Of a stretch of 64,000 nucleotides of DNA, positions 1-11,061 are shown piece after piece. The DNA is from Eledone cirrhosa. Lineage: Eukaryota. The stretch is taken from contig OZ024759.1 of NCBI GenBank assembly GCA_964016885.1, forward strand, positions 36,704,001 through 36,768,000, given 5' to 3'. Under the pieces are notes generated by a model. That model was not told the DNA's origin, made no database searches, and was given only the letters and a program-made list of their open reading frames with translations. Position 1 is the stretch's first letter, and each line of letters starts with the position of its first letter. The translations under genes were made by a program, and so were the position numbers.

Positions 1-1068
1 GTCCTATCAAATGGAGCAAGTATTTAGTGGTGGGGATGGAGGAGAGGTCATTTGATTAGAGAGGTGTGGGAGAGGAGGGTAGAGAGTGAAGAAGATAAAG
101 AAGAAGCAGGAGAAAGAGAAGAATGCTAGTTGGGTGTGAGAGGTGGTGGAGGGGGAAGCTAGGTTTCTTTGAACAGGCAGAGAAAAGGAATTCAAAAGAA
201 TCTATTTTGGACATGGATGACCGATTTTGGTCCAGTATACAAAGTTGTGTTAAGCAGTTTATTTGTCAAATGTAGTCTTTAGTTAGCCTCTCTCTATCTC
301 ACCATCAAAGGTCATTTATTGAGTTGGTGGAAAACGTTTTGTGTGTTAAGCTCCTGTCCCAGCTTGGCTTCAGATATGGAGACAAAGTAGTATACTAATG
401 ACAAGTTAGTAGAGAGTTAGTTGAGGTTGACAGTTGAATAAATGTAAATGTACAAGATAGAGAATATTTCTTAATTAATACAATTAACATAAACAGACTC
501 ATTAACTGATTACTGAACACAACAACAAACATATGGACCGAACGTGGAAGAGCCAAACTCCCACTGTCATCGCCTCCATCTCTCTTGCCCTCCCCATCTC
601 TCTGTATGGTGAGCAAATGGGGTCCCACGTGCTGGCTGCCCCACAGCCCCAGCGGACAGAATGGAGAAGGCGTTTCCCCGGAGGATGGTAAGGGAGATGC
701 GCTGGAAGAGCCATTCCATCTCACGAGGCTCACACCTGTGGCTGGCCGGCTCAGAGCCTATGGTGGTGAGTAGGGAGGTAGATCAAGTTGAGGGTCAGTT
801 AAGGTTGACAGTTGAATGTAAATATACAAGATGGCGAATGTATTTCCCCTGGAGGACTTATGGTTGATTCTCAACCTGCTAGAAATAGCTGTCAGGTTGG
901 TTAACATACCTGCGATGTTTTTCTTCTTCTTTGATGTTATGAAATTAGTATCAATAAACTTTCCTGGGTATTAAACCCTTATTCCATTGCTGTACTTACT
1001 TTTCAGTTGTTACACAAAGGAACCAACCAACATTTCTCTTTTATATTATGTGTAGATAATATTATATA

Positions 1069-1415
1069 CAGTTGTCCCCCAGTATTTGCGGGGGTTACAT
1101 TCCTAGAACACCTGCGAAGAGTGAAAAACTGCGAATATTGGATGTGGTCCATAAAAATGTCTATAACGTCACAATATAATGTAAAATATAATTAAAAAAA
1201 GAGGGAGCGTCTTATGCGAGGAGTGTTCAATAGGCCGCCAAATATGGTTTATTGTTATTAATAATTTAGCATTAAAAAATATATATATTGCCATGAAAAA
1301 TGCCATTAAAAAAAATCGTGGAAGATATTTACAATTCTGCGAATATCTGATGGTTTCCACGAACAATTATTTGTTAGATTCTAAAGAAACTTCCGCGAAT
1401 GACTGGGCTAGACTG
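1069..1415. mobile_element. Tigger/pogo-like (TcMar) MITE
   Basis: TA-flanked CAGT...ACTG termini; second copy at 40367-40699. Confidence 0.7.
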
Positions 1416-1501
1416 TATACTATCACTATCTATCCCTTGTATTATATAAAGTTTGCAATGAAAAGAAGGGCATCTCTATTTGTTCTTATATCCTCTTCTA
1501 G

Positions 1502-1670
1502 ATTCACCTTCTGTTCAACAAGTTTGTTGTCACCACCAACCAACTAGAACAGATTAAAACCATTACTGAGGAGAACATGAAAAATGGCTGCAGCCTCAGT
1601 CCTACTGAACGTCAAAAGACACCGCTTTTGATGGAAAATACTTTCATTGAGAAGAACTTGACAGGAAACG
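1502..1670 (+). CDS. HK: Hexokinase-family gene, first visible coding exon (true N-terminal exon not identified)
   Basis: tctag|ATT...AAC G|gtaag; IHLLFNKFVVTTNQLEQIKTITEENMKNG...PLLMENTFIEKNLTGN(E), homologous to the hexokinase N-terminal MLPTFV..LPDGxE region; phase 1 joins the next exon. Confidence 0.85.
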
Positions 1671-1682
1671 GTAAGTTCTTAA

Positions 1683-2201
1683 CCCTTTAGCATTTACATT
1701 AATCTCATCATCATCATCATTTTATGTCCGCTTTTCCCTGCTTGCAAGGGTGGGACGGGTCCAATTCAGCACAGCATCTCTCCATTCGTCACGGTCCTTC
1801 GTCATCTCCTCCGTGAGCTTCAGCGATCTGGGGTCAGCTGTCACCACCTCCGCCAATGATTTTTGTGGTCTTCCTCTACTGCGTCTTCCTTCTACTGGGA
1901 TTTCTTGGCACTTCTTTACCCATCAGTCATCCTCCATGTGCATCACATGTCCATACTGACACAGTCTTCTCTCCTGCACACCACCACAGCTTATCCCTCT
2001 CTATATATACTATTGTATTTTTGTGGTAAAGGCTTTACCTTACATAATTATCTCACATAATATTGAATCTATGAGATTTTGATATTATTTATTCTAGAGA
2101 ACAATACCTTAACATCAGTATGAGTGGCCAGTTACAGCCGGTTTCACCAGAAAGAGGTGAGAGAATTCTGGCCACGTATGGCCGGTTTAAATGCTAAAGG
2201 G
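1683..2201. mobile_element. piggyBac-type MITE (family A) interrupted by an RTE fragment
   Basis: TTAA|CCCTTTAGCATTTA...TAAATGCTAAAGGG|TTAA; further copies at 2206-3717 (inverted), 20140-20235, 24606-24806 and 29727-29887. Confidence 0.8.
1706..2001 (-). mobile_element. RTE LINE 3' fragment (short-3'UTR family)
   Basis: ...YGHVMHMEDD...RGRPQK...DRDEWRDAV followed by an (ATG)n tail; related copies at 12600-13109 (+) and 16724-16897 (+). Confidence 0.8.
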
Positions 2202-2359
2202 TTAAACCGGCCATATCCAACCAGAATTTCCTCACCTCTTTCTGCTCAAACCAGCCGCTCATACTGATGTTAAGGTATTGTTTTCAAAATATATAACATC
2301 AAAATCTCATAGATTTGATATTTTGTGAGATAATTATGTGAGGTAAAACCTTTACTGTG

Positions 2360-3680
2360 AAAATATGTGTATGTATGTCCGTGGGTTTGTATGTCTGTCT
2401 GTGTGTATGTCTATCTGGGTGTGTCTGTGTGTATGTGTCTGTCTGTATGTATGTCTGTCTGTGTATTTGTATGTCTGTCTGTGTGTATGTCTATGTCTGG
2501 GTGTGTATGTGTATGTGTCTGTCTGTATGTGTGTCTATGTCTGGGTGTGTCTGTCTGTGTGTATGTGTCTGTCTGTATGTATGTCTGTCTATCTGGGTGT
2601 GTGTATGTGTCTGTCTATCTGGGTGTGTGTATGTGTCTGTCTGTGTGTCTGTCTATGTGTCTGTATGTGTCTGTCTGTGTGTATGTGTCTGTATGTGTCT
2701 GTCTGTGTCTGTCTATGTGTATGTGTCTGTCTGTGTGTCTGTCTGTGTGTATGTGTCTGTCTGTGTGTCTGTCTGTGTGTATGTGTGTCTGTCTATGTGT
2801 ATGTGTCTGTGTATGTGTATGTGTCTGTCTGTGTGTATGTGTCTGTCTGTGTGTATGTGTCTGTCTGTGTGTATGTGTCTGTCTGTGTGTCTGTCTATGT
2901 GTATGTGTCTGTCTATGTGTATGTGTCTGTCTATGTGTATGTGTCTGTCTGTGTGTCTGTCTATGTGTATGTGTCTGTCTGTGTGTATGTGTCTGTCTGT
3001 GTGTCTGTCTGTCTGTCTGTGTGTCTGTGTGTCTGTATGTGTCTGTCTGTATGTGTCTGTCTGTATGTGTCTGTCTGTATGTGTCTGTCTGTGTGTATGT
3101 GTGTGTATGTGTCTGTCTGTGTGTCTGTCTGTGTGTATGTGTCTGTCTGTGTGTCTGTCTGTGTGTATGTGTATGTGTCTGTATGTGTATGTCTATGTGT
3201 CTGTCTGTATGTGTATGTCTATGTGTATGTGTCTGTATGTGTCTGTCTGTGTGTGTGTATGTGTATGTATGTGTATGTGTGTCTGTGTGTATGTGTCTGT
3301 CTGTGTGTGTGTGTCTGTATGTGTCTGTATGTGTCTGTCTGTGTGTATGTGTCTGTGTCTGTCTGTGTGTATGTGTGTCTGTGTGTCTGTGTGTATGTGT
3401 GTCTGTGTGTCTGTGTGTGTGTGTCTGTATGTGTATGTGTGTGTATGTGTCTGTCTGTGTGTCTGTGTGTGTCTGTCTGTGTGTTTGTATGTGTATGTGT
3501 GTGTCTGTGTGTGTGTGTCTGTGTGTGTGTGTCTGTGTGTGTGTGTATGTGTCTGTGTGTGTGTGTCTGTATGTGTATGTGTGTGTGTGTGTATGTGTAT
3601 GTGTGTGTGTGTCTGTGTGTGTGTGTGTGTGTGTGCGTGTCTGTCTGTGTGTATGTGTCTGTCTGTGTGTCTGCCTGTAT
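2360..3680. repeat. Compound (TG/TC/TA)n microsatellite
   Basis: Direct reading of the sequence. Confidence 0.95.
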
Positions 3681-3949
3681 CAGTAAATATAGAGTAATGT
3701 AAATGTTACACGGTTAAACTAGAATTGCTAGAGTCAGATAAAAAAGTTCAGCTGTTTGGTGTTCTGGCCCTTTACATTCTGAGTTCTAATTCCACTGAGG
3801 TCAACTTTGCCTTTGATCCTTTCATGGTTGATAAAATAAAGTACCAGTGATATGCTGGGGTCAATTTAATCGACTTTCTTTCTGTCCCCACCCTCAACGA
3901 AATTGCAGACCTTCTGCCTAAATTAGAAATATTTATTCTGCTTCTTTGG

Positions 3950-4815
3950 TGTGTGTGTGGTATATGTGTATGTGTGTGTGGTATATATGTGTGTATGTGG
4001 TATGTGCGTGTGTGTGGTTTGTGTGTGTGTATGTGGTATGTGTGTGTGTATGTGGTATATATGTGTGTGTATGTGTATGTGGTATATATGTGTGTGTATG
4101 TTGTATGTGTGTTTATGTGGTATGTGTGTGTGTGTATGTGGTATATATGTGTGTGTATGTGTGTGTGTATGTGGTATATATGTGTGTGTGGTATGTGTGT
4201 GTGTGTATGTGGTATATATGTGTGTGTATGTGGGTGTGTGTGTGTGTGTGTGTGTGGTATGTGTGTGTGTGTATGTGGTATATATGTGTGTGTATGTGGT
4301 ATGTGTGTGTGTGTATGTGGTATATATGTGTGTGTATGTGGGTGTGTGTGTGTGTGTGTGTGTGGTATGTGTGTGTGTGTATGTGGTATATATGTGTGTG
4401 TATGTGGTATGTGTGTGTGTGTATGTGGTATATATGTGTGTGTATGTGGTATGTGTGTGTGTGTGTGGTATATATGTGTGTGTATGTGGGTGTGTGTGGT
4501 ATGTGGCTATCTGAATATTTGTGGAACTACCCACGTCTTGCAATATTATATTATCTGTGTGTGTGTAAATGACTGCCTGTGTGTGTCTATGTCTGCTTGT
4601 CAGTGTCTGTGTATGTATGTATGTGTCTGTATGTATGTCTGTAAATGTCAGTATGTGTGTGTAAGTCTATGCTTGTGTATGTCTACCTGTATCCGTCTCT
4701 CTGTCTGTATGTCTATCTATCTGTCTGTGTGTCTGTCTGTCTGTCAGTCTGTCTATCTGTCTATATATCTGTCTGTCTGTCTGTCTGTCTAAATATTTGT
4801 CTGTCTGTGTGTCTA
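3950..4815. repeat. (TG)n-rich and (TCTG)n microsatellites
   Basis: Direct reading of the sequence. Confidence 0.9.
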
Positions 4816-4854
4816 TACAACCATCCCAATGTTATATTTCTTCTGTTCCATTAG

Positions 4855-4994
4855 AGAATGGAATCTTCCTTGGTCTAGATCTGGGAGGCACCAACCTACG
4901 GCTCTTCCGAGTCAACTTCGTTAAAGGTAAAGCTGACACCTGTTTGAAATATTTCAAAATGCCGGCAGAATGTTTTAAAGGAACGAGTCTTCAG
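4855..4994 (+). CDS. HK: Hexokinase exon (phosphate-1 motif)
   Basis: ttag|AG...CAG|gtaag; ENGIFLGLDLGGTNLRLFRV contains the hexokinase LDLGGTN motif. Confidence 0.95.
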
Positions 4995-5028
4995 GTAAGT
5001 AATTCGAATACTTCAATATTCTGCTCTA

Positions 5029-5340
5029 ACACCACCACCACCACCACCACCACCACCACCACCACCACACACCACCACCACCACCACCACCACACACCAC
5101 CACCACACACACCACCACCACCACCACACACCACCACCACCACCACCACCACACACCACCACACACCACCACCACCACACACCACACACCACCACCACCA
5201 CACACCACACACCACCACCACCACCACACCACCACACACCACCACCACACCACCACACACCACCACACACCACCACCACCACCACCACACACCACCACCA
5301 CCACCACCACCACCACCACCACACACCACCACCACCACCA
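5029..5340. repeat. (CAC)n microsatellite
   Basis: Direct reading of the sequence. Confidence 0.95.
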
Positions 5341-5436
5341 AAATATTAAACTATTGATATATTGAGATATCAAAATATTAAGATATCGAATTTCTGAGAT
5401 ACCAAAATAGTGAGGAATTGAATTATTAAAATATTG

Positions 5437-5644
5437 AAATAGTGAGATATCGAGATATTAAGCTCTCGAAATAGTGAGATATCGAGATATTAAGCTCTCG
5501 AAATAGTGAGATATCGAGATATTAAGCTCTCGAAATAGTGAGATATCGAGATATTAAGCTCTCGAAATAGTGAGATATCGAGATATTAAGCTCTCGAAAT
5601 AGTGAGATATCGAGATATTAAGCTCTCGAAATAGTGAGATATCA
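5437..5644. repeat. 32-bp minisatellite, about 6 identical units
   Basis: Unit GAGATATCGAGATATTAAGCTCTCGAAATAGT. Confidence 0.95.
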
Positions 5645-5665
5645 TGTTGTTTTTATCTTTTGCAG

Positions 5666-5747
5666 GTATTTGAATTTATGGCTGATTGTATCAAAGAATT
5701 TTTAACCTATGATAATCTCGATAATTGTGGACAGCGGCTGCCCTTAG
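5666..5747 (+). CDS. HK: Hexokinase exon
   Basis: tgcag|GTA...TTA G|gtaaa; VFEFMADCIKEFL...QRLPL(G), matching LFDxIAxCxxxF...LPLG. Confidence 0.93.
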
Positions 5748-6235
5748 GTAAAATATATGTCTTCTGTTAATCTCAGATATATCTTTATATAGTTACACAA
5801 TGAAACAATTAGAGAAGTCTAGGTAGTTATTAATCCTTTGTTTCATGATTGTTTCAGCTAAGTTGACTGGAATGCACGTAGTTTCTGAAGAAGGTCAGCA
5901 GATAGGACATGTTTTTTGAGACTTGTGGTGTGGATTTACTTTTACACCGTCAAATAGCATATGACATGCATTCTTGTTTGCTTTGCTGAAACGATCATAA
6001 AACAATGAAAATATATATATATTGTTATATTTGGGGAGGGTCATATTGTTATAATATTACCAGGGATATATAATAATAAAACACCTTGCAAAACAAATTC
6101 ATTGCCGTATATATATATATATATATATGTATATGTGTATATATATATATATACATATATATGTATGTATATATAGGTATGTATGTATTTATGTTTATAT
6201 ATATATGTATAGATATATGTATGTATATATATGTG

Positions 6236-7335
6236 ATGGCTGAACTAGAAAAGAAATTCCAAACATGGAAGCATGAATCAAAAGGCCTTAAAGTTACCTT
6301 GTCTAAGACTAAAGTTCTAGTATGTAGAAAGGAAAATAGGGTACCGGTACCCTCTGGGAAATGGCCATGCTCAGTGTGTAGGAAAGGAGTAGGCAGAAAT
6401 TCCATATCCCAAATGTAAACTATGGGTACATAAAAGATGTAGTAGGATCACAGTTAAGTTATCTAAGAACGTAGACTTTATATGTGGCCGATGCTCAGGT
6501 GCAAGTGTCCACAGGGTACTAGCTCCTTCTATTACCCAGATGGTTCTATAGAAATAGTGGACACCTTCTGTGACCTGGGTGACAAAATCAGCAGTGGTGG
6601 AGGGTGTTCTGAAAGTACAGTAGCCAGAGTCAGAACGGGATGGAAAAAGTTCAGAGAGCTTATACCACTATTGGCCACTAAAGGTTTCTCTCTAAAAATG
6701 AAAAGCAGACTGTATGATGCCTGTATACGAACAGCAATGTTACATGGCAGTGAGACATGGGCTTTGTGTGCAGAGGATCTGCGCAGACTGGAGAGGAACG
6801 AAGCATGCATGCTCCGTTGGATGTGTAATTGTAATATATGCGAACGGCAAAGCATAAATGAATTAGGTGAGAAATTAGGAATAAGAGGTATCAGATGCTG
6901 TTTACTCGAGAGAAGACTACGTATGTATGGTCACGTGATGCACATGAAAGATGACAGTTGTATAAAAAAGTGCAGGGCGATCAAAATTGATGGAAGTTAT
7001 GGAGTAGGTAGACCCAGAAAAACCTGGGACGATTTGATAAATTCCAACCTTACACACTTACACCTCTCTAAGACAATGTCACTGGACCGAGATCTTTGGC
7101 GCTATGCAGTAATACAAAAGACCCGCCTTGCCTATATACAAGGCGAAACCTACAGTCAGCAGGCACCTCTTAACCAAATATATACCCCATCCCACTACCC
7201 CTACTCCATCACCAACACCACTCTTTCTCTGTAAAGTTTGGTACCACAACATCCAGTCCAAAATAAATGAGGTCGTGGTGTAGGTGTCACGACAAAAAAA
7301 ATGCTGGACCGGCAATCGCTCTGTATAATCAGTTC
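6236..7335 (+). mobile_element. RTE LINE 3' fragment (RT C-terminus, Cys/His finger, 3'UTR)
   Basis: KTKVLV...KWPCSVCRKGVG...LYDACIRTAMLHGSETW...GHVMHM...GRPRKTW; frameshifted. Confidence 0.9.
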
Positions 7336-7376
7336 TTGATTATTACTGGAATTCTATAAGAATCCAGCCTCTATAA

Positions 7377-7467
7377 TTTTCGGCAAAGGTGGGGAGTATG
7401 ATGCTCTGAGGATCGCCAACAGCGTGAAACAGAATCTGTCAGCTTCTCTCCCTTCTTTTGCCGAAAA
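7377..7467 (+). ncRNA. Full-length type I hammerhead ribozyme
   Basis: CTGAGGA 7406-12; stem II T-CGC(CAACA)GCG-T; GAAA 7426-29; stem III ACAG(AAT)CTGT; GTC triplet ending 7440; long stem I pairing 7377-7405 with 7441-7467. Confidence 0.8.
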
Positions 7468-7717
7468 AAGAAGTGAGTGACATAGTCACTACTTTAAAAA
7501 TGATAGCGCAAGGTCTTCGAAACGTTTTTAATTAAACATACGGTATATTGCCAAATATACTATACATACAATCATATATATATATGTATATGTATGTATG
7601 TGTACAGGTGTGTATGTATGTATATGTAATTTTTCAAGTGACCGACTCAGCCACTATTACCACCCACTCCCTGACTTGCTAAACTAACCCTTATCCTCAT
7701 TCCTCCATTATATTCAG

Positions 7718-7854
7718 GGTTCACATATTCTTTCCCATCAACAAAGAAGAGTCTGACTGATGTGGAGCTGATTACTTGGACAAAAACCTTCAAATGTGTT
7801 GATGGTCCCGGAATGAACGTTGGACAGACATTGGAAGAGTGTTTGAAGAGGAAG
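7718..7854 (+). CDS. HK: Hexokinase exon (sugar-binding signature)
   Basis: ttcag|GG...AAG|gtttg; GFTYSFPSTKKSLTDVELITWTKTFKC, matching LGFTFSFP...WTKGF. Confidence 0.95.
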
Positions 7855-7899
7855 GTTTGGATTTACCTCCCTTTCTTTTTATTGTGTTTATGTATGTAT

Positions 7900-8115
7900 G
7901 TAAAAGGTAAACAGAAATAACAACACAATCAGTACAGTATATGGAAGGTTTATATTAGGTTAACGCTTGATATAGCAGGAAGAGGTTCTTAACGTTTCGA
8001 ACGCTAGTCCTTCATCAGAAGAGAGAATGAGAAATAAGATAGATTGAGGGGACGGGCGGGATGGAATTGGAAAAAATGTCTTTAGATAAAAATAACAGAT
8101 CCATTCATGTTGACA
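7900..8115 (-). mobile_element. Penelope-like terminal repeat fragment with a minimal hammerhead (7987-8022)
   Basis: Reverse complement reads TCTT-CTGATGAAGGACTAGCGTTCGAAACGTT-AAGA; close copy at 32480-32652. Confidence 0.55.
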
Positions 8116-8151
8116 TGTATGTAGGTATGTATGTATGTATGTGTGTGTGTA

Positions 8152-8508
8152 TAATATAATAATGAAAATTATTGTGTACATTGCTCAGGTGCACTACAAC
8201 TCATCAAAGGTGCATGTATAGTACATATAATAATATACAAATGTCAGGAAAATGAACAGTGTACAAGTCATGAAATACATGTGCGCGTGTGTATGGAGGG
8301 GGAATATTAGGTGTAGTGTTGGTGAATCTCAGGAAGCATAGAGGTTTTAAAGGATGTAGTGTCTCGACAGCTAACAACTGACACAGATAGTTTGTTCCAT
8401 GCTTCAGCAACTCTGAGCGTGAAAAAATGTTTCCAAAAGTCATGGGAGCTGTGCTGTTTTCTGACTTTGTTGGCATACCCACGTGTGTTAGACACATGGA
8501 AATCAAAA
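8152..8508 (-). mobile_element. CR1-type LINE 3' end
   Basis: NTRGYANKVRK...FFTLRVAEAWNKL C-terminal motif with a (TAT)n tail; 3'UTR copy at 56345-56555. Confidence 0.75.
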
Positions 8509-9303
8509 AATATGTATATTCGTGTGTGTATGTATGTATGCAGAGATCTCATTTGCCTTAAACGTGTGAGGAGGAAAACCAACAGTTGTTGATTCTTAAA
8601 GGAGTATGTTAGTATTGCTTATGGTGCCTTTCCTGGACCCTATCACATAAGTAACATTTTATGCTAATTTAATTTTATATATTCAAATGAAGTTCAGATA
8701 TAAAAAAATAAACTTAAAAAGAATTTATTATATCAAATAAACAAAAAATAAAACATAGACGTTTGAAAAAGTGGGGGGGACTTGTTCCCTGGTACCCCTT
8801 GAAACAAGGCTCTTGTATGTATATATGTACACATGTCTGTATGTATGTATGTCAGGTTGCTCTTCAGCGCTACTGGTAACATGTAACCCAGTACAACCTG
8901 TGCATGGTTGGTTTGTCAGTGACTAAACGGGCAACCCCACCAAGCCTGGTGATTTGGGGTATCTTGTGAGATGAAAATCAAAGCCCATTGGAGGAACTCA
9001 AGAGAGTCCATCCAATAAAGTTTCTTTTTTGTGGAGTGAGAGACTCTTAGTCTTCATCAAGACATCTCTCTCGGAGAAGGTCACTCTGATATAAAACCTG
9101 CCACTTTGTTAGCATCCAATGATGTAGATCAGTTCTACTTTTTGGGTAAATGTATTCGATGTTCAGAGAGTGGGATTGGCTCTGTGCAAAGCCTTTCCTC
9201 GCTTAAAAAAGCTTCAAGCACAGACATAGCTTGATAGACATTTTTTGTAATGCATGATCGTATGGTCTTCTCTCTCTCTCCCACCTCTCTTTTTTCCCTC
9301 CAG

Positions 9304-9403
9304 AATATTCCAGTTGATTTAGTGGCTATAATCAGTGATGTTACAGCTGCCCTGGTCAGTGGCCAAAGCAAGGACAAACAGAGTTGTGTTGGACTTATAC
9401 TTG
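9304..9403 (+). CDS. HK: Hexokinase exon (catalytic Asp, connect-1)
   Basis: ccag|AAT...CTT G|gtatg; NIPVDLVAIISDVTAALVSG...VGLILG. Confidence 0.92.
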
Positions 9404-9725
9404 GTATGTATATGTACATTTTTATGTGTGCCTGTATGTATGTATATGTGTGGGTGCGTGTATATATATATATATTTTATATATATATATACCCACATAC
9501 ACACAGAAACCACACTTAGTATCTGACACATACACTTATAAACCAACGACTCATACACTATTCACTTCCCTGACATTTGTATATGATTCTATCTACTATA
9601 CATGCACCTTTGACGAGCTGTAGTGCACCTGAGCACTGTACACAATAATTTCATTATTAATATTATACACACAGACCCAACATTTAGTGTCTGCCATCAC
9701 CACATGTCGATGTTTTCTCTTCCAG

Positions 9726-9805
9726 GAACTGGTTGTAATGTCTGTTATGTAGAAAATGTTAATTCTATCGAGAAATGGAAAAATGATGCCAACGACTCAA
9801 AAACG
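9726..9805 (+). CDS. HK: Hexokinase exon (phosphate-2 motif)
   Basis: tccag|GA...ACG|gtttt; GTGCNVCYVENVNSIEKW, matching GTGxNACYxE. Confidence 0.92.
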
Positions 9806-10046
9806 GTTTTTATTCCATATTTTTTGTTTTGAATGTCTGTCTTTTTTATTTTGTATTTTTCTTCGGACCATCAAAAAAAAAAAAAAAAATACATATATAT
9901 ATATTAATAATAATATGGATGAAGTGTTAAATTTTCATTATATTTATTGACGTGTGAGACGTGTTTCAGGATTGATCAGCTCAAGGTTCGATCTGTATTG
10001 ATCGAGCCCGACTCTGAAATCAAAAGCTCATTGGACTTCTGTTAAC

Positions 10047-10195
10047 CCACCCAGTGTTTGCCCTCAACACAATAAACTCACCCAGTGTTTGCCCTCTACA
10101 CTACAAACCCACCCAGTGTTGGCCCTCTACACTACAAACCCACCCAGTGTTGGCCCTCTACACTACAAACCCACCCAGTGTTGGCCCTCTACATA
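10047..10195. repeat. 31-bp minisatellite, about 5 units
   Basis: Unit CCCACCCAGTGTTGGCCCTCTACACTACAAA. Confidence 0.9.
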
Positions 10196-10230
10196 TTAAA
10201 CCTATTGTATGTTTACCCTGTTATTTGCAG

Positions 10231-10343
10231 GTGATCATCAATGTCGAATGGGGGGGGTTGTCCGACTATGGCTGCCTGAAATTCATCCAAAATGAATTCG
10301 ACCACGAAGTAGACAGACTTTCTAACCATGTTAACTCATTCAC
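10231..10343 (+). CDS. HK: Hexokinase exon
   Basis: tgcag|GTG...TTC AC|gtatgt; VIINVEWGGLSDYGCLKFIQNEFDHEVDRLS, matching INxEWGxF. Confidence 0.95.
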
Positions 10344-10905
10344 GTATGTAAACCTTGTTTACTTAGTCTCCGCATCACTTTCATAGAATTCATGATGGCC
10401 GCCTGCATTCCTTTTTCTGTATTTTAACTCTTAACATCCTGTAATAATTTAGCAGAAAATATCTAAAACCAGGTTTGTTAATTCAAATGTTTACAGTGTC
10501 TTTACTGGTGGACAGATTGTTGTGAAAATTTTAAGTATTAAAATAAAAATTTAATCACCTTTCATTACCTAACTAATAAGGATTTAGGCACAAGGCCATT
10601 AATATTAGGGGAGGGGAAAGTTGATTAAATCAACACCAGTGTGTTACTGGTGCTTTATTTTATTGATCCCGTAAGGATGAAAAGCAAAGCTAACCTCAGG
10701 AGGATTTGAACTCGGTATGTAAAGGGCCATAACTGTATACTGTGAAGCATGTCCGATACTGCCAAAGCAATGCTTTTGTTACCAAACTGAAGTGATTCTC
10801 AACTGGTACATGTGTTTTTTATTGGAAGAATGACCCTACCAAAGTACAACAATATTTGTTTATATATTTATATATATATATATTTTTTTCTGCTTTTAAT
10901 TCTAG

Positions 10906-11061
10906 ATATGAGAAAATGTTCTCTGGACTTTACCTCGGTGAGTTAGTACGACAGGTTCTAGCTGATCTGACTAAGCAGAAGATCTTGTTTAAAGGGGAAG
11001 GATCCGACATGTTATTCACTCCTTGGACATGGGACACCTCCAATGTATCAGACATTGAAAA
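10906..11061 (+). CDS. HK: Hexokinase exon
   Basis: tctag|A...GAA AA|gtaagt; YEKMFSGLYLGELVRQVL, matching FEKMISGMYLGEIVR. Confidence 0.95.

Noticed and set aside
540-770. GC-rich patch with short ORFs upstream of the hexokinase exons
   Set aside because: No hexokinase similarity or convincing ATG plus phase-0 donor; the first hexokinase exon could not be placed
2357-5373. Long ORFs (up to 446 aa) rich in C/V/Y/M or H/T/P
   Set aside because: Translations of TG, TCTG and CAC microsatellites; the same applies to the ORFs at 36061-37250, 37340-38771, 41721-43951, 47913-48893 and 60322-61132
5437-5644. CRISPR-like 32-bp palindromic repeats
   Set aside because: Units are directly adjacent with no unique spacers, there are no cas genes, and the context is a eukaryotic intron
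6482-7234. 250-aa ORF as a possible nested host gene
   Set aside because: It is the C-terminal part of RTE ORF2, frameshifted upstream and multi-copy within the window
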